Source of the DNA: Mobula hypostoma
Taxonomy: Eukaryota
Assembly: GCF_963921235.1 (NCBI RefSeq)
Contig: NC_086097.1
Coordinates: forward strand, 238,392,001 to 238,456,000
DNA: 64,000 bases
Direction: 5' to 3'
Below, one piece after another: positions 49,352-62,589 of the stretch. Made by a program: the position numbers and the translations under genes. Every line of letters starts with the position of its first letter. Within the stretch, counting starts at the first letter, position 1. Under the pieces are notes generated by a model. It searched no databases, was not told the DNA's origin, and was given only the letters and a program-made list of their open reading frames with translations.

Positions 49352-49895
49352 TTGGAGTACTTGGAGTACTGTGCTCAATTCTGGTCGCCTCACTGTAGGA
49401 AGGACGTGGAAACCATAGAAAGGGTGCAGAGGAGATTTACAAGGATGTTGCCTGGATTGGGGAGCATGCCTTATGAGAATAGGTTGAGTGAACTCGGCCT
49501 TTTCTCGTTGGAGCGACGGAGGATGAGAGGTGATCTGATAGATGTGTACAAGATAATGAGAGGCATTGATTGTGTGGATAGTCAGAGGCTTTTCCCGAGG
49601 GCTGAAATGGCTAGCACAAGAGGGCATAGTTTTAAGGTGCTTGGAAGTAGGTACAGAGGAGACATCAGGGGTAAGTTTTTTACTCAGAGATTGATGAGTG
49701 CGTGGAATGGGCTGCGAGCGGCGGAGGTGGAGGTGGAAATGATAGGGTCTTTTAAGAGACTCCTGGATGTCTATCTGGAGCTTAGGAAAATAGAGGGCTA
49801 TTGGTAAAACCTAGTAGTTCTAAGGCAGGGACATTTGCGGCCCAGCTTCGTGGGCCGAAGGGCCTGTATTGTGCTGTATGTTTTCTATGTTTCTA
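49352..49895 (+). mobile_element. Young CR1 3' fragment (open 151-aa ORF2 end)
   Basis: LEYCAQFWSPH.RKDV..IERVQRRFTRMLPGL...RRRMRGDLI. Confidence 0.92.
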
Positions 49896-49914
49896 AATAT
49901 AATTCACTGCCTTG

Positions 49915-50130
49915 CCTCCCAGGTTCAATTCCCGTTGCTGCCTGCAAGGTGTTTGTATGTTCTCCCCATGACCACACGGGTTTCCTCTGGGTAACCTGGT
50001 TTCCTCCCACAGTCCAAAGATGTACCAGCTGATAGATTAGTTGGTCGTTGTAAATTGTCCTGTAGGATTAAATTGGGGGTTACTGGTTTGTGTGGCTTGA
50101 AGGACCACACATGATTTAAATAAAATAAAA
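49915..50130 (+). mobile_element. V-domain SINE (further copies at ~47520-47720 minus and 51610-51840 plus)
   Basis: B-box ggttcaattccc; core gggtttcctctggg...ggtttcctcccacagtccaaaga; (TAAAA)n tail. Confidence 0.8.
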
Positions 50131-50874
50131 TAAAATAAATTATCCTTTGGCCTACATCCAATGCGACTGCAAATTGGAAATCTCTAGTCCAGCACCATGG
50201 AGACCAGGCTGGTGCTGTGCCACAGAAAATCAAGACCACAGAAATTGTCCCCCTGATCACATTTCTTTGAGCAGGAGTACTTTTTAAGCTTAGACACTCC
50301 CTGGGTCATGTAAGGGTTCCTGAGAACTATAGGCCCCCCTTAATTTGTCATTTGGGATCACTGTTGTCTGAGGATTGCTGTCAACTGAAATGGCAGAAGC
50401 TACACTGGTATCTTAATTAGCGACAGATCTTAGTTAACTTTGGATTTTAGTGAATGTTAGTTAGTATAGATCTGTACTTTGGGTCCAGAACGTGCCCTCA
50501 AGGTCAATTTTCTTCCTTCCTGTGAGCTTTTAGTCTTTCACTACTGCATACTAAAACAATTAACACCATCAAGATGGTAAGCAATGAAAATACTGCAAAT
50601 ATATGTTCTAATTATATCACTGATTTCTCAAGATTGCAGCCTGGAAAGGAAGTTAGAGATTCATTGCAACACACACAGGCCAGGCAGCATCTATGGAAAA
50701 AAGTACAGTCGATGTTTTGGGCCAAAACCCTCCAGCATTTTGTTAGCATTGCTCGGATTTTCAGCATCTGCAGATTTTCTCTTGTTTATGATTAGAGATT
50801 CATAACGTGTTTTTGTGGAACGGTGTCATTTGAACTGATATAAACTATTCTGTGTTTACCATAACATTATTAAA

Positions 50875-51415
50875 GAGCAGTTTTCAGCTCCTTATGTTAG
50901 AAAGGATGTGCTGACATTGGAGGGAGTTCAAAGGAGGTTCACGAAAATGATTCTAGTATTGAAAGTCTTGTCAGATGTAGAGCATTTGATGGCTCTGACC
51001 TCTACTCACTGGAATTCAAAGGAGTGAGGGGTGACCTCACTGAAACCTATCAAAAGTTGAAAGGCCTTGATAAAGTGGATGTGGAGAGGATGTTTCCTAT
51101 AGTTTTGGAAGTCTAGGACTAGATGACGCAGCCTCAGAACGGAAGGACATTCTTTTAGAGCAGAGATGAGAAGGAATTTTTTTTTAGCTAGAGAGTGGTG
51201 AATCCGTGGAATTTTTTTTGCCACAGGCAGCTGTGGAGTCCAAGCTATTGGATAAATTTAAGGCAGAGGTTGATAGATTTTGATTAGTTAGGGCATCAAA
51301 GGATATGGGCAGACGGCAGGAGAGGAAAAAGGGATCAGTCATGATGAAATGGCAGAACAGACAGGATGCGCCGAATGGCCTAGTTCTGCTCCTATATCTT
51401 AAGCTCGTATGGTAT
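50875..51415 (+). mobile_element. CR1 3' fragment
   Basis: agaaaggatgtgctgacattggag...aggaggttcacg...tttaaggcagaggttgataga. Confidence 0.85.
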
Positions 51416-52474
51416 AAAGTCTTCAAAATATAAGCTTCAGTCTCATGGTACAATGACAATCTTTCTTTCCAGTCCTGATGAAGAGTCTGGCCCAAAATGC
51501 CAACAGTTTATTCTCCCCCACGTATGCTACCTGCCTTGCTGACTACCCCAGCATTGTGCCTTTGCTAACATATAACATTACAGGTCAATGGTTAGTAGTA
51601 AAAAAAGAGGCCGGCACAACAGCGGAGTGTTTAGTTTTTAATGCTATAAAAGTGTCAGCAACGCGGGTTCTGTTCCATCACTGCCTGTAGGGAGTTTGTG
51701 TATTCTCCCTGTGACCATATAGGTTTCCCCCGGGAGCTTCCGTTTCCTCCCATGTTCCAAAGACTTACAGGTTAATAGGTTAATTAGTCACATGTGTGTA
51801 AATGGGTGCTGGGGCCAGAAGAGCCTGTTGCCATACTGTAGAGTCATAGAAGAATACAGCAAAGATACAGGTCATTTGGCCCATCTAGTCCATGCCTTCA
51901 AATGAAAACAATAAATGACATTCCAACACATTATCATTTCCTGTAAGTCACCTTAGAATCAGAAACTTCGGTGCCTAGTGTAATTTTATTGAGATACAAT
52001 CAATCTATTTATGTATGCTAACTTATATATTTATATTTATTGTGTTATATTATTATTGTGCTATCTCATTGTTTTTTTGTACTGCATCAGATCCAGAACA
52101 ACTATTTTGTTCTCCTTTGCGCTTGAGTACTAGAATTAACATTTAACAATCTTAGGTCTTCAATCTGAAACTCAAGAAATGGATTTCCAGATAGAGCAAT
52201 ATTGGTTCTATAAATAACTGTAATACGCTATATGAATCTCTCTGATGAATGACCTAAAAATAGTTGGGCTATAAATCAAAAGGTGCATCATTGCTTTTTT
52301 AGTGTTACATGATTCAAAATGAACTTTGGGTAGAGTGAGATCTCTCAGCAATCATGTGTGGATCAAAGTTGGAAATCAGACCAGGGACTAACTTCTGAGA
52401 TTTGTGCTCAAATGTTTGGTGTAATATCTAAGTCAAACATACATCAAACCACATAATTCCCTCGACAATGGTTA

Positions 52475-53150
52475 CCTATTGACATCAATGGAGCTGGGGT
52501 TGAGAGGGTGAACAACTTTAAGTTCCTCAGCATAAACATCACCGAGGACCTCACGTGGTCTGTACACACCAGCTGTGTGGTGCAAAAGGCACAACAGCGT
52601 CTCTTTCAGCTCAGACAGTTGAAGAAGTTTGGTATGGACCCCCAATTTCTAAGAACTTTCTATAGGGGCACAATTAAGAGCATCCTGACTGGCTGCATCA
52701 CTGCCTGGTATGGGAACCATACTTCCCTCAATCGCAGGACCCTGCAGAGAGTGGTGCGGACAGCCCAGCGCATCTGTAGATGTAACTTCCCATTATTCTC
52801 GACATTTACAAAGACAAGTGTGTAAAAATAGCCCAAAGGATCATTGGAAACACGAGTCACCCCAACCACAAACTGTTCCAGCTGCTACCATCCGGGAAAT
52901 GGTACTGCAGCATAGAAGCCAGGACCAACAGGCTCCGGGACAGCTTTATCCACCAGGCCATCAGACTGTTTAATTCATGCTGACGCAACTATATTTCTAT
53001 GTTATACTGACTATCCTGTTGTACATAATATTATTATAAATTACAAACGTTTGTACTATAATTACACATTACACATTTAGACGGAGATGTAATGTAAAGA
53101 TTTTTACTCCTCATGTATATGAAGGATGTAAGTAATAAAAGCAATTCAGA
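52475..53150 (+). mobile_element. Rex1/Babar LINE 3' fragment
   Basis: ORF 52508-52825: FKFLSINITEDLTWS..KAQQRLF.LRQLKKFG..SILTGCITAWYG. Confidence 0.88.
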
Positions 53151-56100
53151 GCCCTGTTGGCAGTGATGGAGTAACATCATTTTAGATTGCTCCTACCCTA
53201 TTTACTTTATTGTCTCCTACCAGTTTCTTTTTTGAAACCTTATTATAATACTTTAATACTGTTTTACTATGGATGGGAAAAGAACAAAAGCTTCTGCAAA
53301 AGCAAGGAAAACAGAAGATGAATCCCCAGTCACTTTGGATTCAATCAGTGACATCCTTAAACAGCAAAAATCAGAATTTTCCGAGGAGTTTCAATGACTT
53401 AATGGCAAATTGGATATAATCCAACAAACTTTAACTGAGCATGAGAACCGAATTCAGGAAAATATTGCAAAACTGGTGACACTTGAAGAGGATGTTGAAG
53501 ATACAATTAAATCTGCAAAGAGTTATCCTCATCCAATGAAAAAATGATGAAAAGGATTATCAATCTAGGAATTAGAAACAGGAGAAATAATTCGCGAATT
53601 CTGGGTCTTGAAGAATCAATTGAAGGCGCTGACCCTACGAAGTTCTTTGCACACTTTCTGGAGCAGCTATTCCCTGTCTTATTCACTTCTGATCTGAAGC
53701 TCAATCGAGCATATCACTCACCGACTTCGAAGCCGTTGTCGTCGGCAGCAAGACCAGGTCAATCATTCTAAGTTTTCCTGAATTTTATATTAAGGACCTT
53801 TTAATTCGCCATACCCGTTGACAAGGAATGATCGCTTTCCATGGTTACAAGGTCAGATTTGTGAAGGACTATTCACCTGAAGTTATGGCTGATTGCATGA
53901 AATAAAAAGAAGTTATGTCGGAACTTTACAATAAAGGATTTAAACCATCCCTTCGACTTCCCGCTTGTCTGAGTATTGTTTTGAAGAACGGATTGCAAAA
54001 AAGAATAAAGTTGGTTGAAGACACAAAAGAGTTTCTGAAGACTGAAGTCTAAAAACTGTTATATTTCTTATCTGATCAATTTTTTCTTCTCTTAATAGAA
54101 TTTGAAATAAGGTTTCAATAAGCTTATGTTTCCGCTGTTTATACATTGTTTTCTGTTTTTTTTGATTTTTTTTATTATATCCCCTTTTGAGGCTTTATTT
54201 TAATATGGCTTTCTTTGAATTTGTTTAAATTGATCCTTCTATATTTTGGAATACTGAGTTATTTTTCTTTTCATCTTGTGTCTTGGTAGGGACATAATCG
54301 ACCTTGAAGGACCGGAGTTTCTGTCAACAGGATTTTTTGGGGAGGGGACTTTTTAGTTGTTAGCTCACTGACGGTCTATTGGTCAGCCTTCTGGCTTTGG
54401 GTGGAGGAGGGACTAGGGCCTATTTCTCTCTGGGAGCTGTGTTGGATTGATTGTTTGATTACATTACCTTACGGTTTGCTTTCTAGTTTTAATAATTTAT
54501 GGCCAGATCTTTTAAATACATGATGATTTGTATTTAAAATGGTTCAAAATATTGATTTATTTAGTTTGAATGTGCAAGGGCTGAATCACCCCATTAAACA
54601 GAACCAAGTGTTTGCTTATATTAAAAAATTAAAAGCACCCATTATTTTCCTACAAGAAACGCACATATGCACTGTGATAGCTTATGTTTTTTTTACTCGG
54701 TGGAAGGATATACAATTCCATTCTTCGTTTAATGCAACATCACGTGGAGTTTCAATTTTTGTAGATAATACAGTTTCCTTTGTTCAGCATAAAGTTGTTT
54801 CGGATTCTAATAATCGATTTCTTATTGTATCAGGGAGTTTAGACAGTAAATTGATTGTTTTTGTTAATGTATATGCGTTTAACGTAGATGATGAGGATTT
54901 TTGAACGTCCATTTTAGTTTTTGCCAGATTTGTGTACTTACTGTCTTGTGTTGGGGGGAGATTTTAACTGCTGGTTAGATCCAGTATTAGATCACTCATC
55001 TGTCAAACCAGCCACACTTAATAAATCGGCTTTGTTTATCCAATCCTTTCTAACTAAATGTGGTATAGTTGATGTTTGGCATTTTCTTCATCTGACAGAC
55101 AGGGAGTATTTTTTTTTCTCTCATGTCCATCATTCTTATACCAGGATTGATTTTTTTTAATTGACTGTCAAATGATTCCATTGGTTCGATCGATTGAGTA
55201 AAAAGAGATTGCTATTTCTGACCACTGTCCTGTACTTCAATTTATTCTCTGGAGAGTTTTTTAAGGCTTTTTCTTCCTTGCTTATACTGTGAAGACCCAC
55301 TTTCCACGCTGGCGAATCGGCTCACAAAATGGTGCGCATGTCGGCAGGGAGCCCAGCCCCAAAATGGCGCTGGGCCTTCTTCTTCACCAGTATGGGGAGA
55401 AAGCCCGCGTGCGGAAAGAGACTTTTGTAATGCACCTCTGATGTCATTTCCGCCCGGAGAGGGCGGGAACGGAACTGCGTAAAAGCCAGTGCCGCAAAGT
55501 TTGAATAAACTAGTCTTGAGTGCAACTTACAGACTGCGTGTTGTTATTTCTAGCTTTGCGTGTAGTACATCGCTACAATACCACATTTATGTTCTACCCT
55601 TACAGATTCCTTTAAGGTAGGATGATTACCGTAGTCTTTTTATGAAGCTTCCATTTTGCTTATTCTTAAAAAGAATAAGAATCCTACTGAGTGTTCTTCA
55701 TATAGACTTCTTTACTCAATTTCGATTCTAAAATTTTGTCTAAAGTGTTGGCTCGCAGACTTGAAAATATTATATCTTCTATAGTTTTGGATGATCAGAC
55801 AGGATTTCTTAAAAATCGATATTCCCATTTTAATATACGGCATTTGTAAAATGTTATGCATTCTTCATCTAAGGAAATATCGGAATGTGTGATATCTTTG
55901 GATGCAGAGAAGGCCTTTAACAGAGTTGAATGGAATTACCTTAGAAAAAATTAATTTTGGACTTAATTTTATTCTTTGGATTCAATTACTTTATTTATTT
56001 CCCTCCACTCGGGTTCTAACTAATCTTCAGAATTCTAAACCCTTTAAGCTCCAATGTGGGACTAGACAAGGTTGTCCTTTGAGCTCTCTGCTTTTTGATT

Positions 56101-56155
56101 TGGTATTAGAACCCTTAGCAATTGCTTTTCGAGAGTCTAAAGGGATTACTGGTAC
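53150..56155 (+). mobile_element. L1-clade LINE relic (ORF1, APE endonuclease, partial RT; internally deleted and 3'-truncated)
   Basis: ORF1 NRRNNSRILGLEESIEG. Endonuclease SLNVQGLN..IIFLQETH, GGDFN, RIDFF and ISDHCPV. RT GTRQGCPLSSLLF.LVLEPLA. Confidence 0.88.
55288..55577 (+). mobile_element. Solo LTR (290 bp) inserted in L1 ORF2
   Basis: TGT...ACA ends; exact 4-bp TSD ATAC (55284-55287 and 55578-55581); AATAAA at 55504; GC-rich compared with the AT-rich host. Confidence 0.9.
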
Positions 56156-56625
56156 TGTTTATTCCTTTCAAAGATGTTGCCTGACCTGCTGAGTTCCTCC
56201 AACATTTTGTGTGTGTTACTCTTTGCTTTTTACCTTCTTCACTAGAGCACCCCTCCACTCCATTGCAGGAGGTAGCTACTTAATGCCTTCCCTAATCTTA
56301 TCTGAAGTTTTCAATAATCACCAAATAACATGAATTATCTTCCCCTGTTTATAGTTTCAATGGGACAGAATCACAATGTTCCAATTTTCAAAGTTCAATG
56401 TAAATTTTCTAACTAAAGTACATAAATGTTACCACATACAAGCCCGACATACTCAGCAAATCTACAGAATAGCAGGATCCCATACCCAATTATTGGTTTC
56501 ACTAGCCACAAAGAATCCATTGGAAGTTAGATTGTGAACAGGTTTTATTTTCAGAAGATTGGTTCTCATTTTAATTAATTAATTAATTATTATGCTCTCC
56601 ATAACTTCATGTCTCCAAAATAATC

Positions 56626-57310
56626 GGGAGGAGAAGATGGCAGCACAACGGCAGCATGCGCGGCCTCTCCGGTGATGAATATCTGTTATCTGTCAAGTAG
56701 GGGACAATTGCACAATTCTGATTTGATGGAGACGGGCGTGAGAGTATGGAGGAACATCTGGAAAACTTCTGAAATGCCCGCTTCACTGCTGCTGCTACTG
56801 TGTGGTATCTGGAATCGCGGGAGCAGAAGGCTCCGAAATCCTCGGCTTTGCTTTTTTCAGCGGCCGGGGCTAGGTCAAAGGCGCTCAGCAGAGGATGGTG
56901 CTCGGGAGGCTATATCGGAGGGGCTGGTTGGAGGCTGAAAGTTTTCGGACGGATGGACTCAGTGTCGGCTGTGGTCGGCTGCTTCCAAGGCATCGTCAAG
57001 TTGACGGTGCCTGGAGGTTTACGACAGGGAGTTTCTCCCTTTTGCCGCCTCCTTTCGGGGACTTGGGAGTCGATCGACTCGGGGACTTTTGAGACTTTGC
57101 CCATGGTTTGTTCTTCATCAAATTATGGTATTGCTTTGCACTGCTGTAACTATATGTTATAATTATGTGGTTCTGTCAGTGTTAGTCTTTGGTTTGTCCT
57201 GTTTTCTGTGATATCACTCCGGAAAAACATTGTATTATTTCTTAATGCATGTATGCATTTCTAAATGACAATAAAAGAGGACTGATTGTTCTCATAATCT
57301 AAATCTAATC
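56626..57310 (+). mobile_element. Non-autonomous bipartite retroposon, second copy
   Basis: Head gggaggagaagatggc; shares acaattctgatttgatggagacgg, catctgga.aa.ttctgaaa.gc and the 3' ~200 bp with 45781-46685. Confidence 0.75.
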
Positions 57311-57489
57311 CCTAACTGACCTGCTCTCCTCCATCCTTTCTCCTAGAATTTTCTGTGCCAGGCCTTGGTCCCAGATGGCGCATCATCATTTACAATGTTT
57401 AACACTCATTCTGTATCACCTAGGGATTGAGGCCTCAATCCAAAATATTGTTTGTGTGCTCCACAACAGCACAAATCACCTACATATAA

Positions 57490-57703
57490 TGAAGGCTCTC
57501 AGTCTGAAACATCAACTGTTTATTCCTCTCCATAGATGCTGCTTGACCTCCTGAGTTCCTCTAGTATTTTGTGCATGTAACTACAGGAGTATTGAACCAG
57601 AACAACACAAACAAAATGCTGGAGGAACTCAGCACATCAGACAGAATCTATAAGAGAGGAAAAAAACAGTTGATATTTCAGGACGAAGACCCTTTTTCAG
57701 GAC
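57490..57703. mobile_element. Two oppositely oriented PLE pseudo-LTR fragments
   Basis: tgaagg..ctgaaacatcaactg...gagttcctc on the plus strand, followed by tgctggaggaactcagc...cagttgatatttcagg..tcaggact on the minus strand. Confidence 0.6.
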
Positions 57704-58209
57704 TCATAGGACCAAGTATATTACCAAGTTACAAAAAATCCATAGAGAACCAAACATGTAAACACACATAAAGAAAGCTAAAACTACAAGGAAAAACAGA
57801 ATGAAAACAACAATCTGGATCCAGACTTGAGAAATTTGCCAAGGACAAAACGAACTTTCACAACAGTAATGTTTTCTTCCATGATAAGCCACATTCAGCA
57901 TTACACTTCAATTAATGTGAAGCCTATACTCTAACATTAATTGAAAACATAATATGTCCGATCGCATGTGAAGTTCACATAATCTAGCAGAATCCATAAA
58001 GATAATATATTTACCACTTCATTACTATCACTCTACAGAAAAACCTTTGACTAACCTGACTACAGATCATTAACACCAAAGAACACATGCACACAGCAGC
58101 AGCTATACTATTTATGGAACCTCCTGCAACTTCTGCCATGCAGGCTGCATGATAAATATTGCAGAGCTCAAAGTGGAGTTATTGCAAGCTTCCTTTAATT
58201 ACATAGATT

Positions 58210-58670
58210 ACATAGATGAGCACAACACAGGAACAGACCATTCAAGCCCACAGCGTTGTGCTGAACCAGGTAAGAATCAAATCAAAAACATCAAACACTA
58301 ATCAGTCCTACCAACACCATGTTCATACCTCTCCATCTTCCTTACATCCATGTGCCTATCCAAATTTCTCTTAAAAGCCTCTGATGTATTTGCCTCAACC
58401 ACCATACCAGGCAGTGCATTCCAGGCATCCACAACTCAGAGTAAAAAAACTCACCTCCCTACCTCCTCTCACCTTCAATGAATGCCCTCTGGTATTAGAC
58501 ACTTCAGCGCTGGAAAACAGGTGCTTTCTGCCCGCTCTATCTATGCCTCTCATAATTTTGTAAATCTCTATCTGATCTCCCCTCTGTCTCTGACACTCCA
58601 GAGAAAACAACCCAGATTTATCCTGCCTCTTGTGATAGCACATACCCTTTAAATCAGGCAGCATCCTGAC
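58210..58670 (-). mobile_element. CR1 3' fragment
   Basis: ORF 58395-58766: GLFSLE..RQRGDQIEIYKIMRGIDR..NTRGHSLKV. Confidence 0.85.
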
Positions 58671-58885
58671 GTGAATGGAGTGCCTGGTAAGAGAGATATC
58701 AGCAGAAACAGTGTGGGTTGCATCGACAGAACTACTTCTGAAGTGAGTTAGTTGAAACAACAACATGCCATCACGCGGCTGACATGCACTGGCTCACGCT
58801 GAAGATGAAACTTGATGGTCACAACAGAAGAGTTATTAGTTACACTTTAGAACATGGAGTCAATTAAGCATAATAAGAATAGCTC

Positions 58886-59206
58886 TGTCGCTGGCCATAT
58901 CAAAGTTGGTGCCAAACCGGGGTATAGGAATGAGATTGAAAATCTGGCTGAATGCGGCAACAGTTCTTCAGGCAAATGAACCCAGGCGTGGAATAAACTC
59001 AAAACTTAAGTTTAGACGAGGATTTATTCAAAGAACGCAACAGAGGAATAACAAACGACTCAAAGCATACTTACTCGAGAAGGCTAGAGTACTCAATGAT
59101 GAAAACTAGTATTGACAAACTTAAATAGTGCATATAGCACGGGGACCCTGTGCTTATCAAAATCAAACTCAATAAACTCAAAACAGGATGCATGAGGAAC
59201 ATAACA
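58886..59206 (-). mobile_element. Possible solo LTR
   Basis: The minus strand starts TGTTATG and ends GACA, with TATA-like and AATAAA signals in the expected order. The flanks match only 3/5 (AGCTC/AGGCC). Confidence 0.35.
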
Positions 59207-59824
59207 AGGCCAAGTGAGACACTAGATATAAGCATTAGAAAGGATGTTATCTTTGCAAGAAGAATGTGGGATCTTACTACCACCATCTGTGGAAGTCATA
59301 TAACTTTGAGTTAAGTACTATCTGGAAGAAGTACAAAGGGAAGAAGGGTAGACCGCAGACACAAGCAGCTGCAGGTCTTGCAGACTGGAACAAGAAACAA
59401 TCTGCTAAAAGACCTCGATGCAGAAAAGAACTCAGAGCAGCATCTGTGGAGGGAAAGGGATTCTCAATGTATCAGGTCAAAACCCAGCATCAGGCTATTT
59501 TGTTTCGTAACCAGTTAACATGCCCTGGACAAATATGATGTCATTGCATAAGTAACAACTCAAGACCACGCACAACTCACTCTCAGTCATGTTCATAGTT
59601 TGCTTGCAGTTTGAATAAATATATTGTTCTAAGCTCCCTAATCTGCTTACTTCTTTTATTTCAATTAACTGTGTTTGGTCTTGAAGCTTATCTGACTAAT
59701 TAGAATGGGTAACTTTTATCAAACACTTTTCCTAATCCGCTATGAATAACATAATTAATTCTTAACCCCTAACTGTGCCAATAGTCCAATTATGAAACTT
59801 TCTTCATAAAATCCAAGCATCTGA

Positions 59825-60530
59825 AAAGAGGAATCCGGGAATACAGATCCATAATTCCTTGAAAGTGGAGGCCACAGGTAGGTAGGGTCATAAATATAGC
59901 TTTTGGTACATTGGCCTTCATAAATCATAAACCATTGAGTACAGGAGTTGGGATGTTATGTTGAAGTTATATAAGGTATTGGTGAGGCCTAATTTGGTAT
60001 ATTGTGTGCAGTTCTGGTCAGCTATCTATAGCAAAGATGTAAACAAGCTTGAAAGAGTACAGAGAAAATTTAAAAGGATGTTGCCAGGTCTTGAGGACTT
60101 GAGTTATAGGGAAGAGTCGAATAAGTTAGGATTTTATTCCCTGGAGCAAAGGCGAATGAATGGAGAATTGATAGAGGTGTAGAAAATTATGTGTTGTATA
60201 GATAGGGTGAATAAAAGGCATTTTTTTTCCATTAAGGTTGTGTGAGACTGGAAGTAGAGGTCATAGGTTAAGGGTGAAGAATGAAATGTTTAAGGGAAAC
60301 ATGAGATGGAACTTCTTCACTCAGAGGCTGAGACTGTAGAATGAGTTTCCAAAAGAAGTGGTGTGTGTGGGTTCAACTTCAACATTTCGAAGAAATTTGG
60401 ATCGGTATGTGGATGGGAGAGCTATGATCCGGGTGCAGGTCAGTGGGACTATGTAGATTAATAGTTCGGCACAATCAAGATGGGCCAAGTGGCCTGTTTC
60501 TGTGCTGTAGTGCTCTATGACTCTATGACT
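59825..60530 (+). mobile_element. CR1 3' fragment
   Basis: ORF 59958-60182: LYKVLVRPNLVYCVQFWS..LERVQRKF. Confidence 0.88.
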
Positions 60531-61929
60531 GTATACCTGTGATTTGGGAACATGGTTCCCCTTTTCAATGCACCACAGCATGATACACTTGGACATATGC
60601 AACAGCCCTGATATTGCTGTTAGTAGGCACAAAGAAAGCTTTCCAGAAAAGCCTAAAGATGCTTGTGTTATGGTCTTTCCCTGTCTTGATGTCAATCACT
60701 GTCAGCTGTCTATCTGCTTGACAGTCCAACAATAGTACTATCTTAAAATCAGCTAAGCGGACAATTACAAAGAGGAATTGTGACGAACAGCAAACTCGAA
60801 AGCAAAAACTAAAATTTTGCAGAGAACATATAAGACAGAAACTGAAATATCTCAAACATTTAGAAGCCCTGCATTTTAATATATTATTCTAAGAGAATGA
60901 TAATTCATACATAAAAAATTCTTGTTATAAATAAATTTCTCAAACAGCAGCTCTCATGTAATACACCATTAAAACTTATTTCAGAATCAGAATCACTTTA
61001 TTGCCACTATATTTATTGACATTAAGTCACTTGTATATTTAAGGCAGAGGTTGATAGCTTCTTGATCAGTCAGGGCATGAAGGGATACGGGGAGAAAGCA
61101 GGAGATTGGGACTGAAAGGCAGAATTGGATCGGCCATGATGAAATGGCAGAGCAGAGTCAAGGGGCCAAATGGTCTAATTCTGCTCCTATGTCTTATGGT
61201 CTTATGAATAGCCTGCTCCTGTGTTATGAAGTGTTGTGTGTGAGTCCCAATTATTAGCATATTTGAATAAGGACCTAAATACTGGAGAAGTTTTACCTGA
61301 CGTGTTAAAAGTAACAATACTCTCTTCATGGCAATGATATGGCACTTAAACTTTCTTGAACTATTGATTCACTGTTGCATTTTGTTGGGCAATAAAATGC
61401 ATTTGGTTGACTTTTTTCAATAGAAGTAATGATGAGGTGAGCAGCTGCCATTATTCCTCTGTTGTGTCCATCATAACAGTAGCATTCAGAATCTGCAAAC
61501 AGATTAGTCCAGCATTTTCACTAAGTGCCTTTCTGTACACAAATCCATTTTATTTTACTTCTGGTCATGAGTGAGAAATTATAACAAAAAAAAATCATAG
61601 GTTTTAAAGAGACTTCTCACCAACCCAGAATGAATATGACATCTTCCTCTAAATGCGGATGGAAATCACGTGAATAATATACAGTCAAAATTAACAATGT
61701 TAACAACAAAATCGTCCAAATGTATTTGCAGGATCAACTTTAAAATAGCACTCATGAGCTTTGAGATCATGTTGTTCCTTTTACTTTACTTGTTTTAAAC
61801 ACAATGTGCTGAGTTCTGGCTTCAGCAAATTCAGCTGCATTCCCTCATGTCTGCTGTTGCCCTGGAGTGAAGGAACAATGAGCAAATTTTCTCTTTATTT
61901 CACCTCCTTCACTGCTTGAACTGCCACTT

Positions 61930-62360
61930 AGACAATAACACGAAGGAGCAGAATTAAGCCATTTGGCCCATCATGCCATTTCTACTATTCAATCATGGCT
62001 GGTTTGTTATCCATCTCAACCTCTTTCTCCTGCTTTCTTCCCGTAACCTAAGATGCCTTAATTAATCAAGAACCTATCAACCTCTGCTTTAAATATGCCA
62101 AATAACATGGCCTCCACAGATGTCTGTGGTAATGAACTCCACAGATTCACCACACTCTGACTAAAGAAATTAGACCATCAGACCATAAGATATAAGAACA
62201 GAATTAGGCTATTGAACCTGGTCCATCATTTCATCATGGCTGATCTAATTTTCCTCTCAACCCCAATTTTGTGCCTTCTCCTCTTATCCCTTCATGCTCT
62301 GACCAATGGAGAATCTATTAACCTCTGCCTTAAATATACATAAGGACTTGGCTTCCACGA
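61930..62360 (-). mobile_element. Two tandem CR1 3' tails
   Basis: Repeated gcagaattag..cc...tcatggctg...aacctctgc.ttaaata. Confidence 0.75.
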
Positions 62361-62589
62361 ATTCCTCCTCACCTTTGCAAGGAAACAAATATTCCTGGTG
62401 TAGGTTGATTAGTTTAAGTAGTTTGGTATGGACTAGATGTGCTGAAGGGCCTGTTCCTGTACTGTACTTTTCTATGAATATCAGGATCATATAAGATGAC
62501 ATATATGTATTTTGAAAATAAATTTACTTTGAAATTTGAACTTTACTTTAAATGTTTGACAAAGTTCCATGAGTGTGTGGTGTAAATTC

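Noticed and set aside
56672..56721. C/D-box snoRNA-like GTGATGA...CTGA
   Set aside because: Only ~50 nt long, lies inside a repeat, and the sister copy at ~45825 lacks a clean box C.
61325..61495. ~55-codon open minus-strand frame after a good acceptor (ctaatctgtttgcag)
   Set aside because: The peptide is unrecognised and no upstream exon or other support is visible.
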